Shown here: one piece after another, positions 42,178 to 52,097 of the stretch
Layout of the letters: each line of letters starts with the position of its first letter
Numbering within the stretch: position 1 is the first letter of the stretch
From: Sulfurospirillum sp.
GTDB taxonomy: Bacteria; Campylobacterota; Campylobacteria; Campylobacterales; Sulfurospirillaceae
Reading direction: 5' to 3'
Assembly: GCA_045047115.1 (NCBI GenBank)
Contig: JASFYR010000006.1
Location: 1 to 64,000, forward strand
DNA length: 64,000 nt
Notes under the pieces: generated by a model
Told to the model about the DNA's origin: nothing
What the model saw: the letters and a program-made list of their open reading frames with translations, nothing else
Databases searched by the model: none
Program-made: the position numbers and the translations under genes

Positions 42178-42209
42178 CTCACTTTTTACTCACTTCTGCT
42201 TGATAGTAT
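42178..42209 (+). promoter_or_regulatory. Putative TRAP-pxp promoter with tandem direct-repeat regulator site
   Basis: CTCACTT at 42178-42184 and 42189-42195 (11-bp period), then TGaTAGTAT at 42201-42209. Confidence 0.55.
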
Positions 42210-42321
42210 AAAATAACAACGGATTTTCCTGTACAACTATTTCTTTGAGGACAAATCCTCCCGTTGGTCTGAGCCTCATAAAACAGTTATACATGAAATC
42301 TAAAATTTCAAAGGAGAAAAC

Positions 42322-43278
42322 ATGTTAAGAAAAGTAGTTTTAGCAGCAGGAGTTGCATCGTTGATGTTTGCAGGAACTGTAAATATGGATTTAAATGCGA
42401 AGTATGGAGCAACAAACTTCCATACAAAGGGTGCTGTGAAGTATGCAGCTTTGGTTAAAAAATACACAAACGGCAGTGTAAACATCAAAGTGCATGCAGG
42501 AAGCTCTCTTGTCAAGGGAAATGCATTAAAAGCTGTAAAAGACGGTGTTGTGCCTATGACAGATATGTTTATACCTTTTACTGCAGGTGGTGGTAAAGTC
42601 TTTGGTATCTCTGCCCTTCCTTTTGTAGCTTCTTCTTATGCAGATGCTTATAAATTATACCAAATCTCAAAGCCGGCTTATAATAAAACCTTCAAAAAGT
42701 GGAATCAAAAACTTCTATATGCAGTTACTTGGCCACCAAGTGGAATTTATACTAAAAAAGCCATAAACTCTACTGCTGACTTTAAAGGCGTAAAAGCCAG
42801 AACTTATGATAAAAACTCAGCAAACTTTGTGAAGATGGCAGGTGGTAGCGCTGTTGCACTTCCATGGGGAGAGGTTTATTCAGCTCTCAGCACCGGACTT
42901 GTAAATGCAGTTGTTACATCTTCTGAGAGTGGAAAAAATGGTAAACTTTGGGAAGTGTTAAGTAATTTTACAAAGATTGGCTATGCTTATCCTCTTCAAG
43001 CAGTTACTATTAACCTTGACTATTGGAATTCACTTGACAAGTCTCAAAAAACGGCCATGTTAAAAGCTGCAAAAGAGATGGAAAAAGCTCAATGGGCTAT
43101 CAGCAAAAACATAGATAAAGAGGATTTGGTTATTCTTGCAAAGCATGGCATGAAGGTTAGTGCTCCGACTCCGACTCTAAAGAAACAGCTAGCCGAAGTT
43201 GGTGCAAAGATGCTCAAATCTTATCTTAAAGATGCAAACAGTGACATCAAAAAAATCTTTAAAGAGTATAGAAAATAG
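42322..43278 (+). CDS. dctP: TRAP transporter substrate-binding protein (DctP6/7-like, candidate pyroglutamate binder)
   Basis: Signal peptide; LPFVAS, LLYAVTWPPSGIY, DFKGVKARTY, LPWGEVYSALSTGLV. Confidence 0.9.
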   Translation: MLRKVVLAAGVASLMFAGTVNMDLNAKYGATNFHTKGAVKYAALVKKYTNGSVNIKVHAGSSLVKGNALKAVKDGVVPMTDMFIPFTAGGGKVFGISALPFVASSYADAYKLYQISKPAYNKTFKKWNQKLLYAVTWPPSGIYTKKAINSTADFKGVKARTYDKNSANFVKMAGGSAVALPWGEVYSALSTGLVNAVVTSSESGKNGKLWEVLSNFTKIGYAYPLQAVTINLDYWNSLDKSQKTAMLKAAKEMEKAQWAISKNIDKEDLVILAKHGMKVSAPTPTLKKQLAEVGAKMLKSYLKDANSDIKKIFKEYRK

Positions 43279-43285
43279 AGAAATC

Positions 43286-43771
43286 ATGAAATTTTTTATC
43301 AAATTTGAAAAAGGGCTCTCAGGTTTGGGAGCTCTCTTGTCATCACTCTTTATCATCTCTTTGGTAGTTTTGATACTTACTGAAATCTTCTCAAGAACAT
43401 TTTTTGATAAGTCAACTATGATAGCAGATGAGTACAGTGGATACTTCTATCTCGCTTCCGTATTTTTGGGTCTTGGCTATACTTTTAGCCAAAAAGGACA
43501 CATCAGAATCAACATACTCACTTCAAGACTACCCAAAAAGATACAAAACTATTTTGATATCTTTGCAGGAACTGTAACTTTAGGGGTTATCTCTTTTATA
43601 CTCTATAGAGTTACGCTCATGATGTTAGACTCTTATAGTTTTGATATACTCTCAGAGGGAGTATCGGAGACACCTATCTATCTTACTCAGATTCCAATGA
43701 TTGTGGGCACATTTATATTTGTCGTCTCACTTCTGGCTTTTCTAGCAAAAAGGATGACAAATGATAGCTGA
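43286..43771 (+). CDS. dctQ: TRAP transporter small permease
   Basis: 4 TM, ADEYSGY, GHIRIN; ATG 43286. Confidence 0.9.
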   Translation: MKFFIKFEKGLSGLGALLSSLFIISLVVLILTEIFSRTFFDKSTMIADEYSGYFYLASVFLGLGYTFSQKGHIRINILTSRLPKKIQNYFDIFAGTVTLGVISFILYRVTLMMLDSYSFDILSEGVSETPIYLTQIPMIVGTFIFVVSLLAFLAKRMTNDS

Positions 43772-45098
43772 TCCATTGACTCTTACCATTGTATTGTTGA
43801 TTGTTATGTTTGCTTTTTTACTCTCTTCTATCTGGATTGGAGTATCATTGATGCTTACTGGCATATTTGGGATGCTTATATTTAAGGTAAATCTGCCTCC
43901 GGCTATAAATATCTGGGACAAGATAGGGGATTTGTTATCCTCTTCACTCTATGACTCTCTAAATTCTTGGTCTCTAGCAGCACTTCCCATGTTTATATTT
44001 ATGGGAGAATTACTGTATAAATCATCCATATCTACCAGACTTTTAAATGGTCTTATACCTTGGCTTACAAAAGTACCAGGCAGACTTCTGCATGTAAATG
44101 TGGCGGCCTGCTCACTTTTTGCGGCAGTCTCAGGTTCATCTGCAGCCACCACGGCAACAGTTGGAAAGATAACACTGAGTGAACTTAAAAAAAGAGGATA
44201 CAGCAAATCTTTAGCTATAGGTTCACTGGCAGGAAGTGGAACTCTTGGATTTTTAATACCTCCTAGTTTGATTATGATTATATATGGAGTCCTGTCCAAT
44301 GTCTCTATCGGTCAGCTCTTTATCGCCGGAATCTTACCCGGAATCTTGCTTGCAAGCTCTTACGCTCTATATATAATTGTTGCAGCAAGTATAGATAAAA
44401 ATGCAGTTCCTCCACAAGTCGAAGTGGTTACATGGAAGATGAGATTAGAATCTTTAAAAGATTTAGCACCTATATTTTCTTTGATAATTTTAGTTCTGGG
44501 GAGTATCTATGCCGGATTTGCTACCCCTACCGAAGCGGCAGCTCTTGGAGTATTGGGCTCCATGCTTCTTGGTTTTTACTTTAAAAGTTTGGATTTTGAA
44601 GTCTTTAAAACAGCGATGTTAAACTCTATAAAGACAACTGTTATGATTAGTTTTATCATCGCAGGAGCCGGATTTTTATCTCAAGTTGTCGGTTTTTTAG
44701 GGATAGCAAGAGCTTTAAGCGAATATATAGCCTCTTTAGGACTTTCGCCTTATATGTTGATGCTTGTTGTGGGAATTATGTACATGATACTAGGTATGAT
44801 GTTGGACGGTATATCTATGGTTGTTATGACTCTTCCTATTGTACTTCCCATTGTAACTGCTGCTGGATATGACCCTCTTTGGTTTGGTATATTTTTGGTT
44901 CTCATGGTAGAACTCTCACAAATAACTCCTCCTGTTGGGTTTTCACTCTTTGTTATACAAAGCATTTCGGGAGAGAAAATCGATTATATTTTAAAGGCAA
45001 CCTTTCCTTTTTTTGTTATAATGATACTTATAGTTGTTGTCTTGACGGTCTTCCCTGAGATAACATTTTATCTGCCCTCAAAGATGGTGCATGGATAA
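43761..45098 (+). CDS. dctM: TRAP transporter large permease
   Basis: SGSSAAT, GTLGFLIPPS, ATPTEAA, ITPPVG. Confidence 0.95.
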   Translation: MIADPLTLTIVLLIVMFAFLLSSIWIGVSLMLTGIFGMLIFKVNLPPAINIWDKIGDLLSSSLYDSLNSWSLAALPMFIFMGELLYKSSISTRLLNGLIPWLTKVPGRLLHVNVAACSLFAAVSGSSAATTATVGKITLSELKKRGYSKSLAIGSLAGSGTLGFLIPPSLIMIIYGVLSNVSIGQLFIAGILPGILLASSYALYIIVAASIDKNAVPPQVEVVTWKMRLESLKDLAPIFSLIILVLGSIYAGFATPTEAAALGVLGSMLLGFYFKSLDFEVFKTAMLNSIKTTVMISFIIAGAGFLSQVVGFLGIARALSEYIASLGLSPYMLMLVVGIMYMILGMMLDGISMVVMTLPIVLPIVTAAGYDPLWFGIFLVLMVELSQITPPVGFSLFVIQSISGEKIDYILKATFPFFVIMILIVVVLTVFPEITFYLPSKMVHG

Positions 45099-45108
45099 AG
45101 GATAAGAG

Positions 45109-45849
45109 ATGATAAAATTGAATTGCGATATGGGTGAGAGTTTCGGAGCTTGGAAAATGGGGCTTGATGCTGAAATCATGCCTTTGGTTGATATGTCAAA
45201 TACAGCTTGTGGCTTTCACGCAAGTGATCCCATTACTATGGATAGAACAGTTAGATTAGCTGTGCAAAATGGTGTCTCTATCGGAGCACATCCCGGATAT
45301 CCAGATTTGGTAGGATTTGGAAGAAGAGATTTGAAATGCAGTAGTGAAGAGATAGAAAAATTTGTCTTGTATCAAATAGGTGCACTGAATGCCATATGCA
45401 AATCAAACAAAACAAAAATTGACTATGTAAAACCTCATGGAGCCCTATACAATAAAATGATGAAAGATACAGAGGTATTTGAGGCCATAGTCAAAGCCAT
45501 CTCAAAATACAACAAAAATCTAAAACTTATGATTTTAAGTTCATCAAAAAACAGTCATTATGTAGAATTGGCAAAAGCTTTTGAAATAGAGCTTCTGTTT
45601 GAAGTATTTGCTGATAGATCCTATATGGATGACGGCTCTTTGATGCCAAGAAGTATGCCAAATGCAGTTTTAGGCTCAAGTGACGAAGTGCTAGAAAGAT
45701 TAGATTTTTTGATAAAAAACGGTGCCATAAAATCACATACAGGCAAAGAGTTAAAACTGAAAGTTGACTGTATGTGCGTACATGGCGACAATGCCCATGC
45801 GCTTGGCATTGTGAAGGCTATGAGGGAGTATTTGATTGATAGAGTATAA
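45109..45849 (+). CDS. pxpA: 5-oxoprolinase subunit A (LamB/YcsF family)
   Basis: LNCDMGESFG, ACGFHA, GAHPGYPD, KPHGALYN, EVFADRSY, CVHGD. Confidence 0.95.
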   Translation: MIKLNCDMGESFGAWKMGLDAEIMPLVDMSNTACGFHASDPITMDRTVRLAVQNGVSIGAHPGYPDLVGFGRRDLKCSSEEIEKFVLYQIGALNAICKSNKTKIDYVKPHGALYNKMMKDTEVFEAIVKAISKYNKNLKLMILSSSKNSHYVELAKAFEIELLFEVFADRSYMDDGSLMPRSMPNAVLGSSDEVLERLDFLIKNGAIKSHTGKELKLKVDCMCVHGDNAHALGIVKAMREYLIDRV

Positions 45850-46516
45850 GATAGCTTCAGCAGACAGTATAATTATATATTTTGGAGATATCATTTCAAA
45901 ACAGGTATCTGCGCTTGTACAACATAATTATAATCTTTTAAAAAATCAAAAAGATAGTGGATTTATCGATCTAACTCCATCTTATACATCCATATTGATT
46001 CATTATGATCTTAAAAAATATAGTTATGATTCTATCTTGAAACATATTGGGCAAATTTTGACTCATGAGATAAAAAAGAGCAAAGAAGAGGGCGCAATAG
46101 TCCAGATACCTGTCTATTATGATGAAGAGGTTGGGTTCGATCTTGCTAGAGTGGCTACTTTGGCAAATCTTAGTATAGCAGAGGTGATTGAGTTACACTC
46201 TGAGATGATTTACAGTGTTTACACTATCGGCTTTTTACCTGGGTTTGCATATTTAGGTGAAGTAGATGCAAGAATTGCAACACCCAGACTTGAAACTCCA
46301 CGCACGAAAATACCAAAAGGCAGTCTTGGCATAGCAGATAATCAAAGTGCCGTATATCCCGTCCAAAGTCCGGGTGGTTGGAATATAGTCGGCAGAACAT
46401 TTGTAGATATGTTTGATAAAGATATAGATGGATTTTCATATTTGAGTGTGGGCGAGAGAGTAAAATTTAAGCCGATAAGCAGAGTTGAGTTTATAAAAAA
46501 CGGCGGTGTAATTTGA
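45836..46516 (+). CDS. pxpB: 5-oxoprolinase subunit B
   Basis: PSYTS, IPVYY, GFLPGFAYL, YPVQSPGGWNIVGRT. Confidence 0.93.
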   Translation: MIEYKIASADSIIIYFGDIISKQVSALVQHNYNLLKNQKDSGFIDLTPSYTSILIHYDLKKYSYDSILKHIGQILTHEIKKSKEEGAIVQIPVYYDEEVGFDLARVATLANLSIAEVIELHSEMIYSVYTIGFLPGFAYLGEVDARIATPRLETPRTKIPKGSLGIADNQSAVYPVQSPGGWNIVGRTFVDMFDKDIDGFSYLSVGERVKFKPISRVEFIKNGGVI

Positions 46517-47415
46517 GCTATTTTAGAGTTATACAAAGTGGAATTTTCTCTTTGGTGGAAGACTTTGGAAGATTTGGGTTGTGTGACAAGGGCATAACAA
46601 ACTCTGGCGTTATGGATGAGTATGCTTATATGGCTTTGAATCATATCTTAGAAAATGAAGCAGGTACAAACTGCATAGAGATTACACTTGGTGGTTTGAA
46701 GCTAGAAGCAAATGCAAATTGTACTATCGGTGTCACAGGGGCAGATGTAAAGTTTGATATAAACTCAAAAGAGACTGACATCTGGAAAACTCATGATATA
46801 AACAGAGGAGATATACTAGAATTTGGATATGCTAAAAAAGGTGCCAGGATATATTTTGGCGTAAAAAATGGCTTTGAAATTAAAAAAGAGCTAGGAAGCA
46901 ACTCTGTTACCACAAAAGAGGAGATTGGAAGAAATCTACAAAAAGGAGATTTACTGTATTTTAGAGAAAGTGCAGACAAATACTATAATATCTCACTAAA
47001 AAAAGAGTTTATACCCGAGTATAAAGATGAGTTGACTCTTAGAGTCGTACTTGGTTATCAAGATGAGTTTTTTGATAAAAATGAAATTGAAAAGTTTTTT
47101 TCTCAAACCTATATTATATCTTCACAAAACAACAGAATGGGCTACAAATTAAATGCAGAGCCTGTAAATTGTCAGATAGAGGGAATAGTATCTGAGGGCA
47201 TAAGCTTTGGAGCTATTCAGGTACCAAAGGATGGTCAGCCAATCATTCTCCTAAAAGAGAGACAGACGATAGGCGGATATCCAAAGATAGGCTCTGTTTT
47301 GCCTATTGATTGCTTTAAACTCTCGCAAATGAAAGCTGGAGGCAGAATTAAATTTGAACCTATAAATATAGAAGCTTCACAAAAAAAGATGCAGCTTTTT
47401 TATAAAATTTTTTAG
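46513..47415 (+). CDS. pxpC: 5-oxoprolinase subunit C
   Basis: DFGR, SGVMD, NRMGYKL, GAIQVPKDGQPIILL.ERQTIGGYPK. Confidence 0.92.
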   Translation: MSYFRVIQSGIFSLVEDFGRFGLCDKGITNSGVMDEYAYMALNHILENEAGTNCIEITLGGLKLEANANCTIGVTGADVKFDINSKETDIWKTHDINRGDILEFGYAKKGARIYFGVKNGFEIKKELGSNSVTTKEEIGRNLQKGDLLYFRESADKYYNISLKKEFIPEYKDELTLRVVLGYQDEFFDKNEIEKFFSQTYIISSQNNRMGYKLNAEPVNCQIEGIVSEGISFGAIQVPKDGQPIILLKERQTIGGYPKIGSVLPIDCFKLSQMKAGGRIKFEPINIEASQKKMQLFYKIF

Positions 47416-47498
47416 CCTGAAAACCGTTCAAAAATATATATCAAATTAGGCAAATGATTTGAGTCGTGAAAATAATTTTGTAAAAAGTTTATCGATTT

Positions 47499-47948
47499 TT
47501 ACCCTCTTAACTCTTCAAATCTAGTTTGCAGATCCTCTCTCATTTTTTCGCTTATCAACTCACCATTTTGGATGTTTTCTTTCACAAAAGCATCTAAATC
47601 AAAAAGTATCTGAGCCAACTCACTCTCTATTTGCTCTTTTGATCTGTTTTTTGCCATGGATGTTTCAAAAAATACAAGCTTTCTTATAAAATCAGAGAGC
47701 TTCTCTTGCGCAACATCTAAATCCTTACCATCCAGCAAGGCAAATATGACATCGCTCTTTTGGGCTTGAGCTATCTCTTTTTTTATATCTCTTATATACT
47801 CTTGGATATGCGCAGAAAAAGAGGCGTATTTATCATAAGGATTGACAAGAGCATCTACATCCATCTTTTCTGTAATTTTTTTAATATTTTTAATGAGTAT
47901 AAATGCAACTATAACAGATATAAATATAGCAGGGAAAAATTGATCCAT
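47499..47948 (-). CDS. Hypothetical protein, N-terminal TM plus helical domain
   Basis: 149-aa ORF, RBS AAAGG, TGcTATAAT upstream (47972-47980, minus strand). Confidence 0.8.
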   Translation of the reverse strand: MDQFFPAIFISVIVAFILIKNIKKITEKMDVDALVNPYDKYASFSAHIQEYIRDIKKEIAQAQKSDVIFALLDGKDLDVAQEKLSDFIRKLVFFETSMAKNRSKEQIESELAQILFDLDAFVKENIQNGELISEKMREDLQTRFEELRG

Positions 47949-47979
47949 ATCAAACCTTTCTTTTTTTTGAAATTATAGC

Positions 47980-48007
47980 AAATTATAGGGCAAATGCCCT
48001 ATAATTT
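47980..48007 (-). terminator. Hairpin right after aapP
   Basis: AAATTATAGGGCA / TGCCCTATAATTT 13-bp inverted repeat at the aapP stop. Confidence 0.65.
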
Positions 48008-48752
48008 AGTGTGAAAGTATTTGCGACAAGAAAAGTTTTAGTCTATCTGATTGAGGATTTTCAAAAAACTCTTCAGGAGTATTTTCCTCTATAATTTGTC
48101 CGGCCTCCATGAAGATAACTCTATCAGCAACTTTTTTTGCAAAACCCATCTCGTGAGTTACGCAAACCATAGTTCTGTGCTCTTGAGCAAGTTCAATCAT
48201 AACATCAAGAACTTCAGATATCATTTCAGGATCCAAAGCACTTGTTGGTTCGTCAAAAAGCATAATAGAAGGATTTTTACATAAACTTCTAGCAATTGCA
48301 ACTCTTTGTTGTTGACCTCCACTTAGTTGGTTTGGATATTTTTTTGCCTGATCTGCTATGCCCACCCTCTCTAAAAACTGCATTGCAGTCTCTATCGCCT
48401 CTTTTTTTGGTGTTTTCTTTACCCAAATAGGGGCTAAAGTCAGATTATCAACTATAGAAAGGTGTGGAAAAAGATTGAAATGCTGAAACACCATAGCAAC
48501 ATCTTCACGAACTGCTTTGATTTTTTTAATATCATCAGTTAATTCCACATCATTTACAATGATTTGTCCCTCTTGAAACTGCTCCAGGTAATTTATGCAT
48601 CTGATGAGTGTAGATTTTCCACTACCGCTTGGTCCGGCTACTACGATAATCTCACCTTTCTTTACATTTAGATTTATATTTTTGAGGACATGAAAGTCAC
48701 CATACCATTTGTTTAAGTTTCTTATCTCTATTACATCTTCTTTGTTTTCCAT
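48006..48752 (-). CDS. aapP: Polar amino-acid ABC transporter ATPase (AapP/BztD)
   Basis: [36 protein letters not shown]. Confidence 0.9.
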   Translation of the reverse strand: MENKEDVIEIRNLNKWYGDFHVLKNINLNVKKGEIIVVAGPSGSGKSTLIRCINYLEQFQEGQIIVNDVELTDDIKKIKAVREDVAMVFQHFNLFPHLSIVDNLTLAPIWVKKTPKKEAIETAMQFLERVGIADQAKKYPNQLSGGQQQRVAIARSLCKNPSIMLFDEPTSALDPEMISEVLDVMIELAQEHRTMVCVTHEMGFAKKVADRVIFMEAGQIIEENTPEEFFENPQSDRLKLFLSQILSH

Positions 48753-48760
48753 TATCTTTC

Positions 48761-49846
48761 CTATTTTAAATTGGTGTTAAATCTTTTTTCAAGAGATTTG
48801 CTATACACAGACATACTGTAGCAAAATACCCAAAAGATTATCGTTACAAAAACATATCCTTCAGTCTCAAAACCTAACCAGTGAGTATCACTACTTGTGA
48901 GTTGCACCATCGCCAACAGATCAAACAATCCTATGATTAACACGAGTGTTGTATCTTGGAAAAGTGCTATAAAGGATCCTACCAAATTTGGTATAGCAAC
49001 TTTTAAAGCTTGAGGCAATATAACCAAAAGCATCTTTTGCCAATACGACAATCCAACGGCATCTGCAGCTTCATACTGACCACTGGGTATAGCTTGAAGT
49101 CCACCACGAATAATCTCTGCAATATACGCTGCTTGAAAAAATGTTATACCTATGAGTGCGCGAAGCAATTTATCAAATGTCACACCTTCAGGAAAAAATA
49201 GAGGCAGTATGACTGAAGACATAAAAAGTATCGTAATGAGTGGAACACCCCTTATAAATTCTATGTATGTAACACTAATACTTTTGATAATGGGTAATTT
49301 CGATGCTCTTCCAAATGCAAACAAGATACCTATAGGAAATGAACAGACTATACCAACAGCAGATATAACAATTGTCAGCATCAAGCCACCCCATTTATTT
49401 GTATCTATTTCTGCTAAACCAAAATACCCACCTCTTATCAATATAAATGCAACTACAAAATACAGAGTTGCTGTAAAAATTTTAATACTGGGTTTTTTTA
49501 AGAATTTAAATGCTGCTATTAGAACAAAAAAGAGTCCATATACCAAATTTACTCTCCATCTGTCAGCTTCAGGATAAAATCCATACATAAACATACTAAG
49601 CTTGGCTTTAACAAAAATCCAACAAGCTCCGTCTCCCGTACAATCGGCTCTCGTATGTCCTGCAAAATTTGCATCAATTATCGACCACTTTATAAAAGGA
49701 GGGATAATCCAAAGAAGCATGGCAATACCCAGCACAGTCATTGCGCTATTAAGTGGAGATGAAAAGAGATTTTCTCTTAACCAATGCAAAGCACCTTTTG
49801 AATTTGATGGTGCTTCTCTGGTTTTTACTTTATCATAAACAGCCAT
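48761..49846 (-). CDS. aapM: Amino-acid ABC permease (AapM/BztC)
   Basis: [23 protein letters not shown] loop. Confidence 0.88.
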   Translation of the reverse strand: MAVYDKVKTREAPSNSKGALHWLRENLFSSPLNSAMTVLGIAMLLWIIPPFIKWSIIDANFAGHTRADCTGDGACWIFVKAKLSMFMYGFYPEADRWRVNLVYGLFFVLIAAFKFLKKPSIKIFTATLYFVVAFILIRGGYFGLAEIDTNKWGGLMLTIVISAVGIVCSFPIGILFAFGRASKLPIIKSISVTYIEFIRGVPLITILFMSSVILPLFFPEGVTFDKLLRALIGITFFQAAYIAEIIRGGLQAIPSGQYEAADAVGLSYWQKMLLVILPQALKVAIPNLVGSFIALFQDTTLVLIIGLFDLLAMVQLTSSDTHWLGFETEGYVFVTIIFWVFCYSMSVYSKSLEKRFNTNLK

Positions 49847-49848
49847 TT

Positions 49849-51003
49849 CTATCTTTCCTTAATTTTCATTTTAAAGTTTATCCAATTCAAAATTGCGGAC
49901 ACAACCAGACTAATAACCAAGTAAACCAGCATGGTCATCGAAATGATTTCGATAGCTTGACCCACTTGATTTAGCGATGTTCCTGCAAAAACTGTAACCA
50001 ATTCCGGATAGCCTATGGCGGTTGCCAAAGATGAGTTTTTTACAATATTTAGATATTGGTTTATCGTAGGAGGAATTGCAATTCTTATGGCCTGAGGCAA
50101 AACAACAAGTTTCAAGGCTTGGTAACCCGATAATCCAATGGATGCCGCCGCCTCTTTTTGACCCTTGTCTACGGCTTCTATACCACTTCTTACTGCCTCA
50201 GCTATAAAAGTTGCCGTATAAATAGTAAGGGCAAAGGTCAGAGCCAAAAATTCCGGATAAAAAGTTTTTCCGCCTCTAAAGTTGAAACCTTTTAAGACCG
50301 GATAAGAAAGATTCATATCGGCTCCACCAATAAAATATGCAATGACAGGTAAACCGACAATCAATCCAATTCCTGTAAACAAAACAGGAAATTCTTCACC
50401 TGTTTCTTCATGTCTTTTATTTGACCATCTATTCAGAAAAAATATAATAACAATAGCTAAAAAAACTGCTACCAACATAGATATAGTAGTAGAGTTTAAA
50501 GCCGGCTTTGGAATATAAAAACCACGATTGTTTATAAATATTGAGCCAAACAATTCTATGCTCTTCCTGGGACTAGGCAGGGTAGCCAATACTACATTAT
50601 ACCAAAAAAGAATCTGTAAAAGTATAGGTACGTTTCTAAATATATCTATGTAGGCAGAGGATAGTTTTGCAATCAACCAGTTATTTGACAATCTTAAAAC
50701 ACCAATTATCAGACCCAATATACTAGAGAGTATAATAACAGCAAATGAGACTATTAAAGTATTTAATAATCCAACTAAAAACACTCTTCCATGCGTATAA
50801 GTTTCATTGTAAGCTATCGGAGCATCATTTATGGCAAAACCCGCTGTTCCATTTAAAAATCCAAAACCTGTCTGAATGCCTCTTTGTTCTATATTGTGCA
50901 CTGTATTTGTTCCAATATACCACAAAAATGCAACCAAACCGATGATAGTGAGCAACTGAAAAATAATCCCTCTTACTTTTCTATCTCTCAAAAGTGCAAA
51001 CAT
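49849..51003 (-). CDS. aapQ: Amino-acid ABC permease (AapQ/BztB)
   Basis: GFGFL..TAGF, RNVPILLQ, AEAVRSGI, KNSSLA. Confidence 0.88.
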   Translation of the reverse strand: MFALLRDRKVRGIIFQLLTIIGLVAFLWYIGTNTVHNIEQRGIQTGFGFLNGTAGFAINDAPIAYNETYTHGRVFLVGLLNTLIVSFAVIILSSILGLIIGVLRLSNNWLIAKLSSAYIDIFRNVPILLQILFWYNVVLATLPSPRKSIELFGSIFINNRGFYIPKPALNSTTISMLVAVFLAIVIIFFLNRWSNKRHEETGEEFPVLFTGIGLIVGLPVIAYFIGGADMNLSYPVLKGFNFRGGKTFYPEFLALTFALTIYTATFIAEAVRSGIEAVDKGQKEAAASIGLSGYQALKLVVLPQAIRIAIPPTINQYLNIVKNSSLATAIGYPELVTVFAGTSLNQVGQAIEIISMTMLVYLVISLVVSAILNWINFKMKIKER

Positions 51004-51032
51004 TTAATTCCTTTTATTTTTTATTAGAGAAA

Positions 51033-51051
51033 GGGCAGGATTATCCTGCCC
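51033..51051 (-). terminator. GC-rich stem-loop between aapJ and aapQ (partial terminator or mRNA stabiliser)
   Basis: GGGCAGGATAATCCTGCCC followed by TTTCTCT on the minus strand. Confidence 0.65.
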
Positions 51052-51074
51052 AGATTTTAAAGTGAAAGTAGTTT

Positions 51075-52097
51075 TTATCTAAATGGAGGAGAGTACTGTA
51101 GTCCACCTTTTGTCCAAAGTGCGTTTAAGCCTCTTTTTATCTTAAGAGGAGATCCCATACCGACTGTTTTGTCAAATACTTCACCATAGTTACCGACCTG
51201 CTTGATAATATTATATGCAAAATCTTTACTTAAGCCTAGATTTTCACCTAGTTTTCCCTCAACACCAAGTATTCTTTTGATAGTTGGGTTGTTTGATTTT
51301 AACATACTGTCAACATTTTTACTTGTGATTCCAGCTTCTTCTGCTGCAACCATAGCATTATAAGACCATTTAACTATGTTAAACCATTTGTCATCACCTT
51401 GTCTTACAACCGGTCCCAATGGCTCTTTTGAGATAATTTCAGGAAGTACAGCTGATCCACTTGGATTTTTTAGTTTAATTCTTAATGAGTAAAGTTGAGA
51501 TGAGTCAGAAGTGATAACATCACATCTACCACTCTCATAACCTTTTACAACTTGATCATTTGCATCATAAGCAACCAATTTATATTTCATACCATTTTTT
51601 CTAAAATAATCTGCAAGATTAAGCTCTGTTGTTGTTCCTGACTGTACACAAACTGCTGCACCATCAAGCTCTTTCGCGCTTTTAACACCTAAAGATTTAT
51701 GAACCATAAAACCTTGACCATCATAAAAGTTTACACCTGCAAAATTTAGACCCAAAGATGAATCTCTTGTCTCTGTCCAAGTTGTATTTCTTGAAAGCAA
51801 ATCAATCTCTCCGCTCTGAAGTGCTGTAAATCTCTCTTTAGCATTCAATGAAGTAAACTTAACTTTTGTAGCATCTCCTAAAACTGCAGCTGCAACAGCT
51901 CTACATACATCTATATCGATACCAGTCCAATGTCCTTTTGAGTCAGCAGAAGCAAATCCAGGTAGTCCAGAGTTGATACCACATTTTAGGTAGCCTTGTG
52001 CTTTAGTGTCACTTAGTGTGTCTGCGTTTGCAACTGATGCACTTAGTCCGATAACTGCGATAGCAGCCATTGAAATTTTAGCAATCTTTGATTTCAT
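51075..52097 (-). CDS. aapJ: General L-amino-acid ABC substrate-binding protein (AapJ/BztA)
   Basis: LKCG, DVCRAVAAA, RFTALQSGEIDLLSRNTTWT, SKEPLGP, YSPPFR. Confidence 0.92.
   Translation of the reverse strand: MKSKIAKISMAAIAVIGLSASVANADTLSDTKAQGYLKCGINSGLPGFASADSKGHWTGIDIDVCRAVAAAVLGDATKVKFTSLNAKERFTALQSGEIDLLSRNTTWTETRDSSLGLNFAGVNFYDGQGFMVHKSLGVKSAKELDGAAVCVQSGTTTELNLADYFRKNGMKYKLVAYDANDQVVKGYESGRCDVITSDSSQLYSLRIKLKNPSGSAVLPEIISKEPLGPVVRQGDDKWFNIVKWSYNAMVAAEEAGITSKNVDSMLKSNNPTIKRILGVEGKLGENLGLSKDFAYNIIKQVGNYGEVFDKTVGMGSPLKIKRGLNALWTKGGLQYSPPFR

Noticed and set aside
45109..47415. Calling pxpB/pxpC allophanate hydrolase, urea carboxylase or KipI/KipA
   Set aside because: Presence of pxpA and absence of a biotin carboxylase or amidase fit 5-oxoprolinase
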